Shown piece by piece: positions 13,562 through 26,423 of a stretch of 64,000 bases of DNA. The stretch comes from Takakia lepidozioides. Its lineage: Eukaryota; Plantae; Bryophyta. The notes under the pieces were generated by a model. That model was not told the DNA's origin. It ran no database searches and saw only the letters and a list, made by a program, of their open reading frames with translations. Positions within the stretch are counted from its first letter, which is position 1. Every line of letters starts with the position of its first letter. The DNA lies in contig CM060733.1 in the NCBI GenBank assembly GCA_030704615.1, positions 2,976,001 through 3,040,000 on the forward strand, written 5' to 3'. The position numbers were made by a program, and so were the translations under genes.

Positions 13562-14575
13562 TGGTAGGGCTGTCTGGGACTTAGACAGTTTTACGGGTTC
13601 TGTGGGGTACCCTTAATTTTGCGCAGACTTACAGATGGTAGAGTCAGACCAACACAGACCTTAGAGGTGACAGACATAGGCCTTAGGGGTGGTAGACAGC
13701 CTTACACAGTTAGACACAGCTTGACACAGTCTAACACAGCCTGACACAGCCTAACACAGTCAGTCACAGCCTTACACAGTCAGACACAGCCTAACACAGT
13801 CTGACACAGTCTGCCACAGTCAGACACAACCTGACACAGCCAGTCAAAGCCCGACATAGTCACAGCCCGACACAGCTTCACACAGTCAGTCAAAGTCCGA
13901 CACAACTTGGCACAACCCGTCACAGCGTTCACAGGGAATGGTTATCATTGGCAGGGAACGACTGTATGGGAACGACATCTGCAAAGACAACGTGCATTCT
14001 GTCTTGGATGACAGTTAGTTAGTTAGGCGGTTAGAACAGCTTGCAGGTAGAATAGATAGAGTAGCGACATGGAGGGGGTCACTTGGGAGATCACTTTTTG
14101 GACATCACTTGAGGAGATCAGGCGGAGAGCACGATCTTGGAGCACAGGGATAGAGATTACACAGAGGAGGAGATACGACGAGATGATGTTTGATTCATAC
14201 AAGCTGTAGAGATGCACTGTAGAGCAGATTAGTGACACCATGGCTTCGGCCTGATACATGATAGATATTAATATGATTCCTATTTCATAATCACACCGAG
14301 TAGAGAGATATGAGTGAAGCTGTGGAATGAATGCTTGAGTAGTTGGAACATGGTAGATTGCAAAAGCAATCTGATACTTAAACCTAGATAGTAAGGTAAC
14401 TTACTGAACATGGATGCAGGAAAGAATAGATATATGGAAACACCCCATGATACACTAGATGTAGGTCATGACTGATTATTCTGAGCGGGCTGAGTGCTTA
14501 GAGATTTCCAACTCTTCTATCTTGGAGTTTCCACCTCGGATAGCTAAGGGATGGGTGAGTAAAAGCCACTCGACA
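13562..14575 (+). repeat. 5' LTR of element B (1014 bp) with an internal ~10-bp GACACAGYCT tandem tract at ~13700-13925
   Basis: TG...CA ends; 13865-14575 matches 40159-40856. Confidence 0.88.
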
Positions 14576-14599
14576 TTTGGCGACCATATTGGGGAACTG

Positions 14600-15163
14600 A
14601 GTCAAGAACAACTAGATGTGACATACATTTGGTGGGATCATGGTGGATGGAGAATCAAAGAATTTGATATGAATCAAATTCCCTATAGAACTGAGAAAGA
14701 AAGATTGTCCAAACAATTCTTTCAGAGGTTCTTGGAATTGCCAGACAGTTGCAAGGAAAACATTCTTAAGAGAGTGCATGATGCTGATCCAGAGTGGGGT
14801 CTGGAGAAAGGAGTGATAAAGATTTATCACGTGGCCTGTAGAGGGAGAGCAAGTTGGTCACCAACACTGGTTTATGTGATAGCATTGCTATCCATTAAAC
14901 GAGTGGAGTTTGAAAGCTGGGAGGAACGGAAGGTGAATGTTTACACTCACATGCATGAAGAACTTGAACGGGTAAAGAATTGGATTCCTAAGGATATCTT
15001 GTGGATCAAACTTACACCAAGAACAACTTTTCAGACATGCTTGCCATATGGTTATATGGTAACGGAGCCTTCTAGTATAGCGAAGGGTGCATTAAAGTTT
15101 GAAAGAAATCCAAGCATATACGAGAGATATTATAGAAGAGAGTTTTGGTTATTGCCTCATTAA
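14600..15163 (+). CDS. Unassigned ORF between the PBS and gag of element B
   Basis: Frame 14468-15163 stays open for about 190 codons past the LTR although neighbouring ORFs carry many stops; no motif recognised; start codon uncertain. Confidence 0.4.
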   Translation, partial: SQEQLDVTYIWWDHGGWRIKEFDMNQIPYRTEKERLSKQFFQRFLELPDSCKENILKRVHDADPEWGLEKGVIKIYHVACRGRASWSPTLVYVIALLSIKRVEFESWEERKVNVYTHMHEELERVKNWIPKDILWIKLTPRTTFQTCLPYGYMVTEPSSIAKGALKFERNPSIYERYYRREFWLLPH

Positions 15164-15299
15164 AGATATGAAAGACATGGGACATGAGTGATGAAAGGGA
15201 AGTTAGACTCCACAGATATTCAGCGAAAAGGGAAAGTTATTTGAAAGCTAATTATCCATATCTATGGGAGAGAGGAATAGACATAGGGGAATAATCTGG

Positions 15300-18200
15300 A
15301 CCTCTCACACCACTAAGGCCAAAGAGTCTATCACCTATACCGGAAGAACCAGATTTGGATGCCACTCCTTCTTATTCTTTACAAGAAAGATTAAGGGATT
15401 TGGTACAAGAAGAAGATCAGCCACGAGGGGAAAGATCTAAGGTACATCCTTGGGTTAAAGATTTGACAAAAATCTTTGATCAGAGTTGGCATAGAACACC
15501 AAGAGCAGGAACTCCAGTTTCTGAAACACAAGACAAAGAAGGAGAGGAAGATGTGGCAGAGCCAACGGAGAGCTCAGACTCTCCAACACCACTGCAGTTG
15601 AGTTATATGAGTGAGGAAGAAGAAATCCAAGAGAAGAACTTGGAAGATGAAAACAGAGAGAAGAATTTGGAAGATGAAGTGTATGAAGAAGTAGACCCAA
15701 CAGTTGAGGTTGAGACTATAACTAGGACATCCCAACCTGTTGGACCTGGATCAAGTGGAGCACTTGGATCACAGGCCAACACAGGTGTCGGCTCAGGGGG
15801 ATCAGGCGGGTAGCTTGGATCTGGCTCTGGGGGACAGGGGGTGTGGGAAGCAGTGCAACTGGAGCTGGGGGTACTGCAAGTACAAGGGGGCCAGTAGCAG
15901 GGAGTGCTCAGGGGCCAACACTTGGTGGGAGTTCCACCACTACAACAGCAGGTCCTCAAGGACCAACACCTACAGGAGGACAAGCACCTGTCAAAGGGCA
16001 GGGTGTAGGGCCATAGATGGCGGTACCTCCAACACGGGCAAACCCACATTTTCCAATAATATGCAGGAAAAAATGATCCTGATACACATCAGCCAATTTG
16101 AGCACATGTGTATAGTGAACAATGGGAATGGCGATGATGCCAAAATGAGACTGTTTCCTTGTTCACTTATCAAGAAAGCAAGTGAATGGTATGCAAGGTT
16201 TCCTAATAATCATTTCCTAACCTGGAATGGCTTTAGTACAGCATTCCGAAACAGGTTCAGGACAAGCAAAACTGAGGATGAAGTGTATGGGAGTTTACAA
16301 CAGTTGAGGCAAAAGAAGCATAAAACTGCTGAAGAATATATGGAAAAGATGGAGTTACTGATGAAAAAGCTGGCTGCTGTACCAGCACCAGGATTATGGA
16401 AGACTTGGTTTGTGAGTGGAGTAAGACCGGAATTACAAAAGAAAGTGGATATGCTACCCCATAATACAGTGCAGGAGGCATACAATAGAAAAACAACGAC
16501 AAGGGAGCCGAGGCAAGTAAGGGTGCATCAAGTGCAGCCCCAGCCAAGAAGAAACAATGACCAGGACCACTATGGGAGGCCTGGTGGATATAACAATGGT
16601 ATGGCAGGAAGAGGTAATCCAAGAGGGAATTACCAAGGCAGTGATGTGCCTGAAGATGATGAGGCATGGAGAGATGAGAAGGAAGTGACAAGGAAGTGGC
16701 TGATACCATAAGGGAAATGCAGAAGGATATTAATATCCCTATGGCAGATTCTTCTGACTCTGAAAGATAAGATGAAGAAGGTGAAGATGAAGTGAAGCAA
16801 GAGGCTTCACGGGTGCAAGATAATGAAGGGGCTTTGGCTGAAGTAATATGCCAGTCCAAATATGAGATTACAATTGGGCAGCTATTGGCTGTGGCACCCC
16901 ATTGTAGACACAGGCTGTATCAAGCAATCAATCAGATGACAGAGAACACAGACCTGAACAAGGTGACAAGTTATAATGTGAAGCCTGAAGGGCGAGAAAC
17001 AGTCATGGACTTTGATGATTCCATGCCAGTAATCCAATTGAGAATTGGAAGCACAGACTTGACTGATGTACTGATATCGGAGGTTCAGGAGTGAATATTA
17101 TGACAGACCAATTAAGGCAGAAGCTTGGTCTAAGTAACATGAAACCAGCCCCATTCATAGTAATAATGGCAGATCAAAGGAGTGTACAACCATTAGGCTT
17201 GATAAGAGGAGTAAAGATACAGATTCAGAAGATGATCTTTAAGATCACAGTGATTGTGTTGAAAATGGATGATGTCATGGAAGCTTACTCCTTATTGCTG
17301 GGTTGACCATGGCTGAAACAGGCCAGGGTATTCCATGACTGGAATTCCCAGTTACTGAGTGTGCATGATGGGAAGCACAAGGTACAGATCACCACTAAGA
17401 AATCTGGTAGGCTACCTGCTACACGGAGACCTCGTGGAGTCAAAGAGTATGGCTGGAGGGGAGGGCTTGATGAGGAGCTGGAAGCTACTGTTTGCTGCAC
17501 ACCCAGAGTGGGAGCAGGTTGCAAAAATACAATTGGGAGGCCTGAGTTGCTTAAAATGTATTTGTTGTGGTGCAGTAACAACAACACCAATTGAGGGGGA
17601 AACAAGCAGTTATCCACCACATTTCTATAAAGAAAGAGAGGGAGAAATAGAAATCCTAAAGGAACCAGCCACTGTGAGTTTACAGGATGAAGTAGTGGCT
17701 GGATGGACAATCACAGCTGAAGAGCAGGTGAGAGAAGTGAATGTGGGAACTGAGGAGGAACCAAGAATGGTGAAAGTTGGGGCTGACTTGGAGCCAAAAT
17801 TCTTTGAGGAAACTAAGAGCCTCTTTATCAAATACAAAGATGTATTTGTTTGGAGCTATGAAAATCTGAAAGGGATACCACCTAAGATCTGCCAGCATAA
17901 GATTGAACTGGAACCAGGGTCAGTACCAATCAAACAGGCAAGGTACATGATGAATCCCAACTATGCACAGAAGGATGGGGAGGAGATTAAGAAGTTGGCT
18001 GAGGCTAAGTTCATATACCCGATAGAGTATACAACTTGGCTATCACCCATTGTGATAGTTCTCAAGAAGAATGGCAAATTGAGAGTTTGTGTGAACTATA
18101 AAAAGTTGAATGATTGTACAAAGAAAGATCCATTTCCTTTGCCATTCACAGAAGCTGTACTGGACACTATGGTAGGGCATGAGATGTACTCGTTCATGGA

Positions 18201-20520
18201 TGGCTTCAGTGGGTATAACCAAGTACAAGTAGCTGAAGAAGATCAGGGAAAGACAGCTTTCATTACTAACTAGGGTACTTATGCATACAAAGTCATGACT
18301 TTTGGACTTTGTAATGCACCAACAACTTTCCAGAGAGTGATAAGTGAATCTTTCCATGAGTATTTGGATGATTTCATGCAAGTGTTCTTAGATGACTTCA
18401 GTGTGTACAACTCTAAGAATGAGCACTTGCAGAAGTTGGAATTATGTTTGGCCAGATGGAGGATGAGAGGTCTTGGTCTGAATCCAGAAAAGTGTACTTT
18501 CTGTGTGAACTCAGGGGTACTTTTGGGACACATTATGTGTAAGAAGGGACTGCTTGTGGATCCTAGAACGACCGAGGCCATTAAAGCATCTCCACCACCA
18601 GTAAATATTAAGGCTCTAAGGAGATTCCTTGGACAAACCAACTATTACAGAAGCTTTGTCAGACGATATGCACAGAAGGCAGCACCATTGAGCAAACTCT
18701 TGAAGAAAGATGCAGTGTTTGCATGGACAGCTGAATGTCAACAGGCTTTTGAGGAACTTACATTGTTAGTAACAACTACACTTATACTACTTAACCCTCA
18801 CTGGCATGTGATATTTCATGTACACTCAGGAGAAGCATTGGGGGTTGTGTTAGCCCAAAATGTCACAGGAAACATAGATTCACCTGTGTACTATGCTAGC
18901 AGATTGTTGAACAGTGCTGAAAGGAACTATAGCAGTACTGAAAGAGAAGCTTTGGCAATGATTTATGCAGTCAAGAAATTCAGGCATTATCTACTTGGAA
19001 GGAAGTTTATGTTTTATGTGGATCATCAGGCTTTGATTTATCTGGTGAATAAGCCTTTGATAAGTGGCAGGATAGCAAGATGGTTGATTATCTTGCACGA
19101 GTTTGAATTTGAAGTTGTTTACAAGTCTGGACGTTTGCATCTTGTGGCAGATCACTTGTTACGCCTTTCAATATGAGAACCCGCCACAGGAGTAGACGAT
19201 CAACTGCCTGATGCGAGTTTATTTGCAGTGGAAGTGCAGGGAGCAGATGATTGGTTAGATTGGCAGTGGCCAATCAGATACTACCTTACTCATGGTCAGT
19301 GCCCACCCAGTTATAGGAAGGAGCAGAGGAAAAGAATAGCTATCAAGGCATTACCATACACTATGATAGGTGGAAGATTGTATAAGCTAGGACCTGATGG
19401 AGTTCTTAAACGATGCTTGTACCACCATGAGGTAAATAAAGTTTTGGAAGAAGTTCATAAATGAGTGGCTGGAGGCCATTTTGGAGAAGAGACTACCAGT
19501 AGGAAAATATTACTTGTAGCCTGTTACTGGTGGCCTACTTTGTTTAGAGATGTACACAAGTATTGTAAGAGTTGTGATGAGTGTCAGAGGCTAGGACCTT
19601 TGCAAAGATCTGGGAAGATGGCTTTGCATCCTACGATGCCTACTAAACCATTCTAGAAATGGGGATTAGACTTTGTTGGACCAATTAATCCACCAGCCAG
19701 GAATACATAGAACAAGTATATAATCACAGCCACTGATTATACCACAAAATGGGTGGAAGCTAAGGCTCTGAGGGACAACACAGCTAAGTCCACAGCAAGG
19801 TTCCTATATGAGAACATTCTCACAAGATTTGGCTGTTCCCTGGAATTTATCAGTGACCAGGGAAGTCATTTCATTAATGAGACCATTGAACTATTGACTA
19901 AAGAGTTCATGATTGTGCACAGGAAGAGTACAACCTATTACCCACAGGGCAATGGGCAGGCAGAGGCCACCAACAAAATACTATGCACTATCTTGGCTAA
20001 GATAGTCAATGCGAACATGACAGACTGGGATAGAACGTTGTTGACAGCTTTGTGGTCATACAGGACTTCATATAAGGTCACCACCAAGTATACACCATTC
20101 CAATTGGTTTATGGCATGGAAGTTTTACTTCCAGTGGAGTTCTTATTACCTACTATGAGAACTGAATGGGGAAGGAGAATGGAATTGGAGGATTCAATTA
20201 AAGTAAGGAAACATGAACTATCTCATGTGGAAGAAGTACGTGCTGATGCAGCAGATAACATGACCAGAATTCAGATGAAGAGGATGGATCAGTTTGATGA
20301 AGGTAAATTGAAGACTTTCAAGACAGGTGATTTGGTACTGTGGTTGCAGAAGAAGGGAAAGATTAAAGCTTCTAAGCTTAAATCACCATGGAAATGACCT
20401 TATGTTATACATAAGATGTATGATAACAACACAGCTATGTTACAAACCATTAACAAAGAGATGATTGGTAGAGTCAATGCCGATAAGTTGAAGGGATACA
20501 GTGGTATCCATGATAGACCA
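15300..20520 (+). pseudogene. gag-pol of element B
   Basis: gag RLFPCSLIKKASEWY...LRQKK; protease DVLI.GGSGVNIM (frameshifted); RT WLSPIVIV, FMDGFSGYNQV, VFLDDFSV; RNase H VYYASR, YVDHQAL; integrase GGHFG...CKSCDEC, ISDQGSHF, YYPQGNGQAE; many premature stops. Confidence 0.92.
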
Positions 20521-21171
20521 TTGCAGCATGATTTGCATCTTGAAACACAGATGCAGTCACAGACTACACTGGTGGCACCAGCGGAGCATGAAGCACTTGT
20601 CATAAAGCCGAATGTGTATGGCCATAGCAGAGAACACAAGTGTTCACACAACCATCACAGTCCACCACAGTCTAACACAGCATATCACAGCCCACCACAG
20701 CCTATTACAGCATATCATAGCTTACCACAGCTTGTCGCAGCCTGTCACAGCCCAACACAGGCAACACAGCCCGCACGGGTCGCACAGTCCATAGGGGCAG
20801 TGACAGATGGACACGAGTTAACGTCAGTTAAGTGGCCGGTAAGTGTAAAGATAGTTTGGAAGTCAAACTCGGAGAATGTGCCATGCGGACAGAGGGAGAC
20901 AGGAGAGTGTTTGAATTCAAACACGTGGCCTAAGGGGCAAAGCACTCCGCATTGCATGTACTGCAATAACGAGCGTCATCACACAAGAAGACAAACAGGG
21001 CCGTCAAAGTACCTACCCGGTACATCAGCCGAAACTTATTATGAGCCCATGAATGCATCAAGAGGAGTACAGGTAACGGAACACTTTACGCGTCCGGCAA
21101 AAGGGAACCTTTGCCACATATGCAGTCCTAGTGGTCATTCCAAGATGGAATGTGAATAGATTAGGGTAAAA

Positions 21172-23963
21172 ATGAGAAGTTACCTAATGAGACAACGGCC
21201 AATCAGCAACGTGAATTTTGTGCAAGAGACTCCATTCAAGAAACAAGAACAAGAAATTAAGAAGATTATGAGCGAAAAAATAGGTGTTATTCCGGATAAC
21301 CAGTGTCTCAACGGGAAGGGCAATCAAAGCTATAGCTTTGTAGCTATGGCAGATATCACGGACTATACACTAGCTCTACTTCTTACGCAGTGGCGCAAGG
21401 AAGGACAGGTCGAAAGTACTTTTTCTCTCACTCACTATTTGCAAGCCCCGCAGGCTTACACCCACTTGCCTGTTCCATTCTGTGCTAATCACACTTTCAT
21501 GCTATACGCATTACAAGCTTTCCTGCAGTTATTCCAAACAAGGCCTTCTTGTTTGTCCGGGATGAAGCGAATTAGAGAGATGGAGGATCTACGAGTGAAG
21601 AGCACAATGATCTTACAGAGGCAAACAATAGCCACATCACAGGTAGTGCAGCTGCTGAATGAATTGCGGTTGGAGGGATTGTTGCGCAAAGAGTGGTCTT
21701 TGCATCATCGGGAATTGATGATCCAGTTCATCAAGAACTTTGAGCCAAAGACAGGAGTTACCTAGGTGAAGGGCGTAGATATACAAGTTACTCTGGAGTA
21801 CTTGCAACGACTTTTTGAATTACCATCTGGTAATGTGAACGTGGATGAGCACAAGGCAAAATTGTAAGTAGGGGATCTTTTCCAAGAAATGAGTTTCTTC
21901 AGGAACCAGGGATTCACTTGCACCAAAGCCGAGTATCCAGGGTTGAGGGAAATAGGCCAGATACTAAACATTTTGTTTGCCATGAAACAAAAAACCAACA
22001 GTATCTCAGCATATCTTTTACGGAGGAGGTTCTGAAAGCTTGGAGAGGAGAGGATGTAGCTTGGGCGGAGATGATGCATAGTGGTCTGGTGGAGGAGATG
22101 AAATGATTACAGAATATTACTGTCAAGTCCCCAATTATTGTGTCTGGCCCAATTATTGCACAGATCATCTTTGATTCTTGCTTGCTTGATGCGCAAGAAC
22201 GCAAAGTAATGGGGGTGTTTGAGGCAGTCACAACTGCAGTTGAGAAGCAAGGCTCTTCACAGGGTGAAGGAGGATTAGAGAGGCAGCACCAGTCCAAGAG
22301 ACAGAAGAGGGACGCAACTATAATGGCGGATACACTGGCCACAAGGAACCCTCACGATGATGTTTCCATAGCTCCTACATAGGATAGGGTGCAACAGCAC
22401 AATGGGCTATTATTACTGGAAGCACGGCCATTAGAGAGGAAGACAGAAGTCACTTCAGTACCACGGCCAGCACAGCAAGCTGACCAAGTTGCCCCAGTGG
22501 TAACTTAGACTGGACTTGCTGTTACACCATAACCTCTTACTATGGAGAGAGAGAGGGATTGGACATCCCCACTACAGAGCAAGTAGTGTCAGAAATTGAG
22601 AAGAACGACCTTCTCTATGAAAACTCTGGCATGGTTGGAGAACCCATGGTACCAAAGATGCAGAGTCTGCCCAAGGAAATCCTTGCTGTGCAGGTTATGC
22701 CCAAACCTGTGGCGGAGGTTAAAGGGGTAAAGGGCAAGGGTACTGCAGCACCTGTGGAAGATGAGGTTGCTCAGGAAGAAGATCTTGTGGGATCATGGCC
22801 TGATTGGTTTGTGAAACATCAAATTGTAGAGAATCAGGAAGAACAGCAGTAGGTTCTCCATGAAGACCCACATCAGGCCATGCTTATGAGTTCCATAAGC
22901 AGGACTCTCAATCTATTGGGCACCTATGTCAAGACTCATGTTCCTTCCACTCAATTGGCAGCATTGCGGGAGGAGCTCAAGCAAAAGCTTGAGGCAAGAA
23001 TTGCCACTGAGTGTGCAAACAGGGTGGATGTGGAGGCCAACCTCAAGTTGCAGAAAGAGTTGGAGGACACTAAAGCTGCCCTATAGCTTGCGAATGAAAA
23101 TTTAATTGAAGCAAGTCTTGAGCAAGAGAAGTTGCATGAAGTGCATAAGCAGCAGCTATACCAGATACAGATTCAGCATGAGGGCAAGTTGCATGAAGTG
23201 AAGTTGCTTCATACAGAATTGGAAGGAGTCCATCAGAAAATGTTCATACAGTGTGCCACACTAACGACTAATCTGGAGATGGCTGCATTGGAAGTTAAGA
23301 ACCAAGCTGAGAAATGTATAACGGCGGAGACCGAGTCAATGGAGCAGGGGAAACTCATTGCTGACATGAAGGCTAGTATCTGTTGCAATGAGGATACCAT
23401 TCAACAGTTCCACCAGGTTGATGTCCAAAAGGACAGGTATATCTTTGAGTTGCAGCAAACCATCACAGTACGGGACAATGAACTTTCTGTGGGTGAAAAA
23501 GCTTGGAAAGAAGCCAATAATTTGTCAGCTGCCTATGCAGCTCTAGTTGAACCTCATACGAAGCGCATGGAGAGTTTACAATAGCAGTTGGAAGCATACC
23601 GGCTCAAGGAGGAGCAAGATCTCTGTGGTATTACACAGGACTTGGTGGATAATCATTTTTTGCAAGAGTGGTTAACACAAGGGCCAGTAGAAGGGAAAGC
23701 ACCAAGAAAGCTCACCCAAGACGAGATGAATGATCTCAAGTTACGGGTGCAGAACATTGCCACAACCACTATAGACTAATGTCTATAGTCGGATAGTTGA
23801 GTTACAGGAGGATGTAGAAGGGCTGCAGACTCAAGTGGATGACTTGAGCTCCAACATTGACAAAAGGGCCTTTGTTCCTTGAGGAACAGCTCATAGCTAC
23901 TTATTTGCACGCAATGACTTTGATTTTCCAATCTTCAGCACAGGAAGTGCAGAACTTGCCAAC
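21172..23963 (+). pseudogene. Extra sense ORF downstream of pol in element B with a long coiled-coil region; continues after the Mutator-like insertion (39728-~40150)
   Basis: A run of ORF fragments broken by stops, E/Q/K/L-rich over 22880-23880; coding-like sequence resumes after the TSD at 39728. Confidence 0.6.
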
Positions 23964-24019
23964 GGGGGCTGCTATTTCATGAGCCATGAGCCATGAGCCA
24001 TGAGCCATGAGCCATGAGC
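23964..24019 (+). repeat. Left terminus: short TIR plus six tandem CATGAGC heptamers
   Basis: GGGGGCTGCTATTT(CATGAGC)x6. Confidence 0.9.
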
Positions 24020-24431
24020 AGAGTCGTAAGTGTCGAAAAAAACATGAGCAGGACTATTTTCCGGAAATGAGTGTCCGCGGGAATAGGGTTTAGGGTGTCA
24101 CGGTCATAGGGGGAGAAGGACCTCCCGATGAAGGAGGTTCGGCAATGTTTTTTAGAATTACATATTGAAAGGCAATGTTTCGCGAATGGTAGGGTGGTAC
24201 TGATCTGTACAATGGGGGCCCATTTCAGCCTACCAGCCACTTGCAAAATCCACCCACACTCCCAATCCCAAACGAAATGAGGAATGACGCATTTCAGGAA
24301 CGATGGATACAGAATAGAACAAAAAGAGGGCACAATGGGGTTTTTATTGATCCACATGAATTGCATTTGAAGCACGTCTACTGTGCTGATTGTGCAAACA
24401 AATCTTTAGCCCTGTGCCTTCTGAATACAAG

Positions 24432-25043
24432 TCACGTTGTCAATGGGACTTCGACTGCTCTCACAACTAGCTCATGAGTCTTCGGGCTCCTCCAGGTAAA
24501 CTGGATTGCAGCCGTTGTACCGCCCCTGTTGATGTTCACCACAATGTCCTGCCCTTCAATCATACCACCATCGAATATGGAAAGCTTCACGTTTTCGCCG
24601 TCCACACCAATGCGAATGTCCCCATACAATGGAGAAGATGAGCGCACTCCTTCAGGAGTATAAGTCTCTCCGATGGAGTCCACCCACGTCCACTGGCAGC
24701 AGTTCCACCGCAACAGCATAGCAGTGCGCATTCTTCTGCATGGGTGCCCGTCGTAGCTGGGAAAATCGGAATCAAGGATGCGCAGGAGCCACGGACTCCT
24801 CAGACCAAGATCGTCACCCCGCTCGAAGGCGTACTGGCCTGGGAGATACTCAAAAGCGGACAATGTTTCCACATTCGAACCAGTATCTTCTGTGTAATCT
24901 GTGTACCAGATAACGATGTCTCCCGATGTGGCCGAATACATTGCATAATCGATGCCTCCATAAGGGCAGTCGTCCCGGTTCCGGAAGCACGGCATCCTTG
25001 CAAAGGAGGACCTGAGGACGTGTTTGATGCCGATGAAAATCAC
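24432..25043 (-). CDS. Cargo gene X1, unknown family (~200 aa open; true start uncertain)
   Basis: Open frame that aligns along its length with the opposite-strand paralog at 25521-26146 (MPC.RN..DCPY.G.DYAM, SGDI..W, FERG, PW.L.I.D, RWNC, YGDIR, DGGMI.G.DIVV, ELV.RA.EVP). Confidence 0.75.
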   Translation of the reverse strand: MIFIGIKHVLRSSFARMPCFRNRDDCPYGGIDYAMYSATSGDIVIWYTDYTEDTGSNVETLSAFEYLPGQYAFERGDDLGLRSPWLLRILDSDFPSYDGHPCRRMRTAMLLRWNCCQWTWVDSIGETYTPEGVRSSSPLYGDIRIGVDGENVKLSIFDGGMIEGQDIVVNINRGGTTAAIQFTWRSPKTHELVVRAVEVPLTT

Positions 25044-25520
25044 CTTGCGGACAGCAACGAAGCCCTTAGATTTTCGAAATGATGAGAACGGAAGAGCAGT
25101 GCGGGCTCCAATAATGGACCATCTGGGTCACAAGTACCCACCAAACATCGTGTAACGTGTTCAACAAGCCAGCGGTGGATGAACCGATATCTCTTTCTCA
25201 TCCACGGGGTATAGTTTGAAATCTGCCACCGAAGTCCATCCCCCGGATGGAAATTCGGCGCCGCATTTACATCGAAGGGGGGATGGACTTCGTCGTCTCG
25301 AGTGGCTATAGGCCCACCTGGCACTTACTGCCCATAGTTTGCATGGCAGGGAAGGAAACTGAATCGGCTACATCCATGGATGAGCCAATCTTCATCCCTG
25401 CAGGTTCCTGTAGGGGGGAAATTTAAATGTGCCCTGGAGTATTTGTGACGAATTGCAGCGTTTGCTTGAATTTCTTCCAGCCACCGCGCTGCTACCTCCT
25501 CCATCCGGGAGCTGCTGTCA

Positions 25521-26146
25521 TTGAGCGTACTGCGCTACTCTTTTTCAGGGATGCCGTGCCGCCGAAATCCTGCTGACTGCCCTTATCATGGCCACGATTA
25601 TGCTATGTTCAAACCACAATCAGGAGACATCATTGTCTGGCTTTCACTTTTCACAGACGCATCTGGAATCAAGCGGGAGTCTTTGCGCGCAATGGAGTAT
25701 TTGGAGGGCTATTACCGCTTTGAGCGAGGTGAGGGCGAGGGTCAATGCGGTCCGTGGGTCCTGAAAATTGTTGACCTCGATATACCAAGGTGGAATGGGA
25801 TGCCGGACAGATCACGCACGGCCTCACTTTGGCGCTGGAACTGCTGAAGTCGCTGTCCGCCAGCCAGTGGACCAGGGAGGACGGCACCGGGGAAAACTAT
25901 ATTCGTGGAGTTCACTCCGCTTTTCCAGTGTATGGAGACATTCGGCTGAGTTGCGAAGACGAATCGCACGGGCACAGGAGGCCCATAGTGACCTTGTTGA
26001 TGTATGATGGTGGTATGATTGATGGGTATGACATTGTCGTCAGCTCCACCAAGGGCACCAGATCGACCGCATTGCAGTTTACCTCGAGATGCCGCATCAG
26101 TAATGAGCTAGTTTTGAGGGCTATCGAAGTTCCGTCGACTTGGTGA
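25521..26146 (+). CDS. Cargo gene X2, paralog of X1, one frameshift near 25845-25862
   Basis: ORFs 25521-25847 and 25790-26146 together match X1 colinearly. Confidence 0.72.
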
Positions 26147-26423
26147 CACCCATGTAGAAGGAGGAAGGGCTTAGATTTGTCTGGAGCTGCTAAATGTGAG
26201 ACACCGTGTTCGATCAATAAAACAACCCATCGTACCTCACTTCTGTGTGCTTGTGTTTCATCGTGTTCAAGAACTGCCGTAATTGGCCCACTGTTTACAA
26301 TTTGAGGTCTCATTTCTACAATGTGTCTGTCCATATGAATATACCAGAGTCAGCGATATCACAGTCCTGAGGTGAAGAAAATCCATGTATGAGTTGTAGG
26401 AAACATGTACACGCCGAAGCTCG

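Noticed and set aside
23977-24020. Telomere-like or simple satellite (CATGAGC)n
   Set aside because: It is mirrored in inverted form at 39654-39703 and forms part of the transposon termini.
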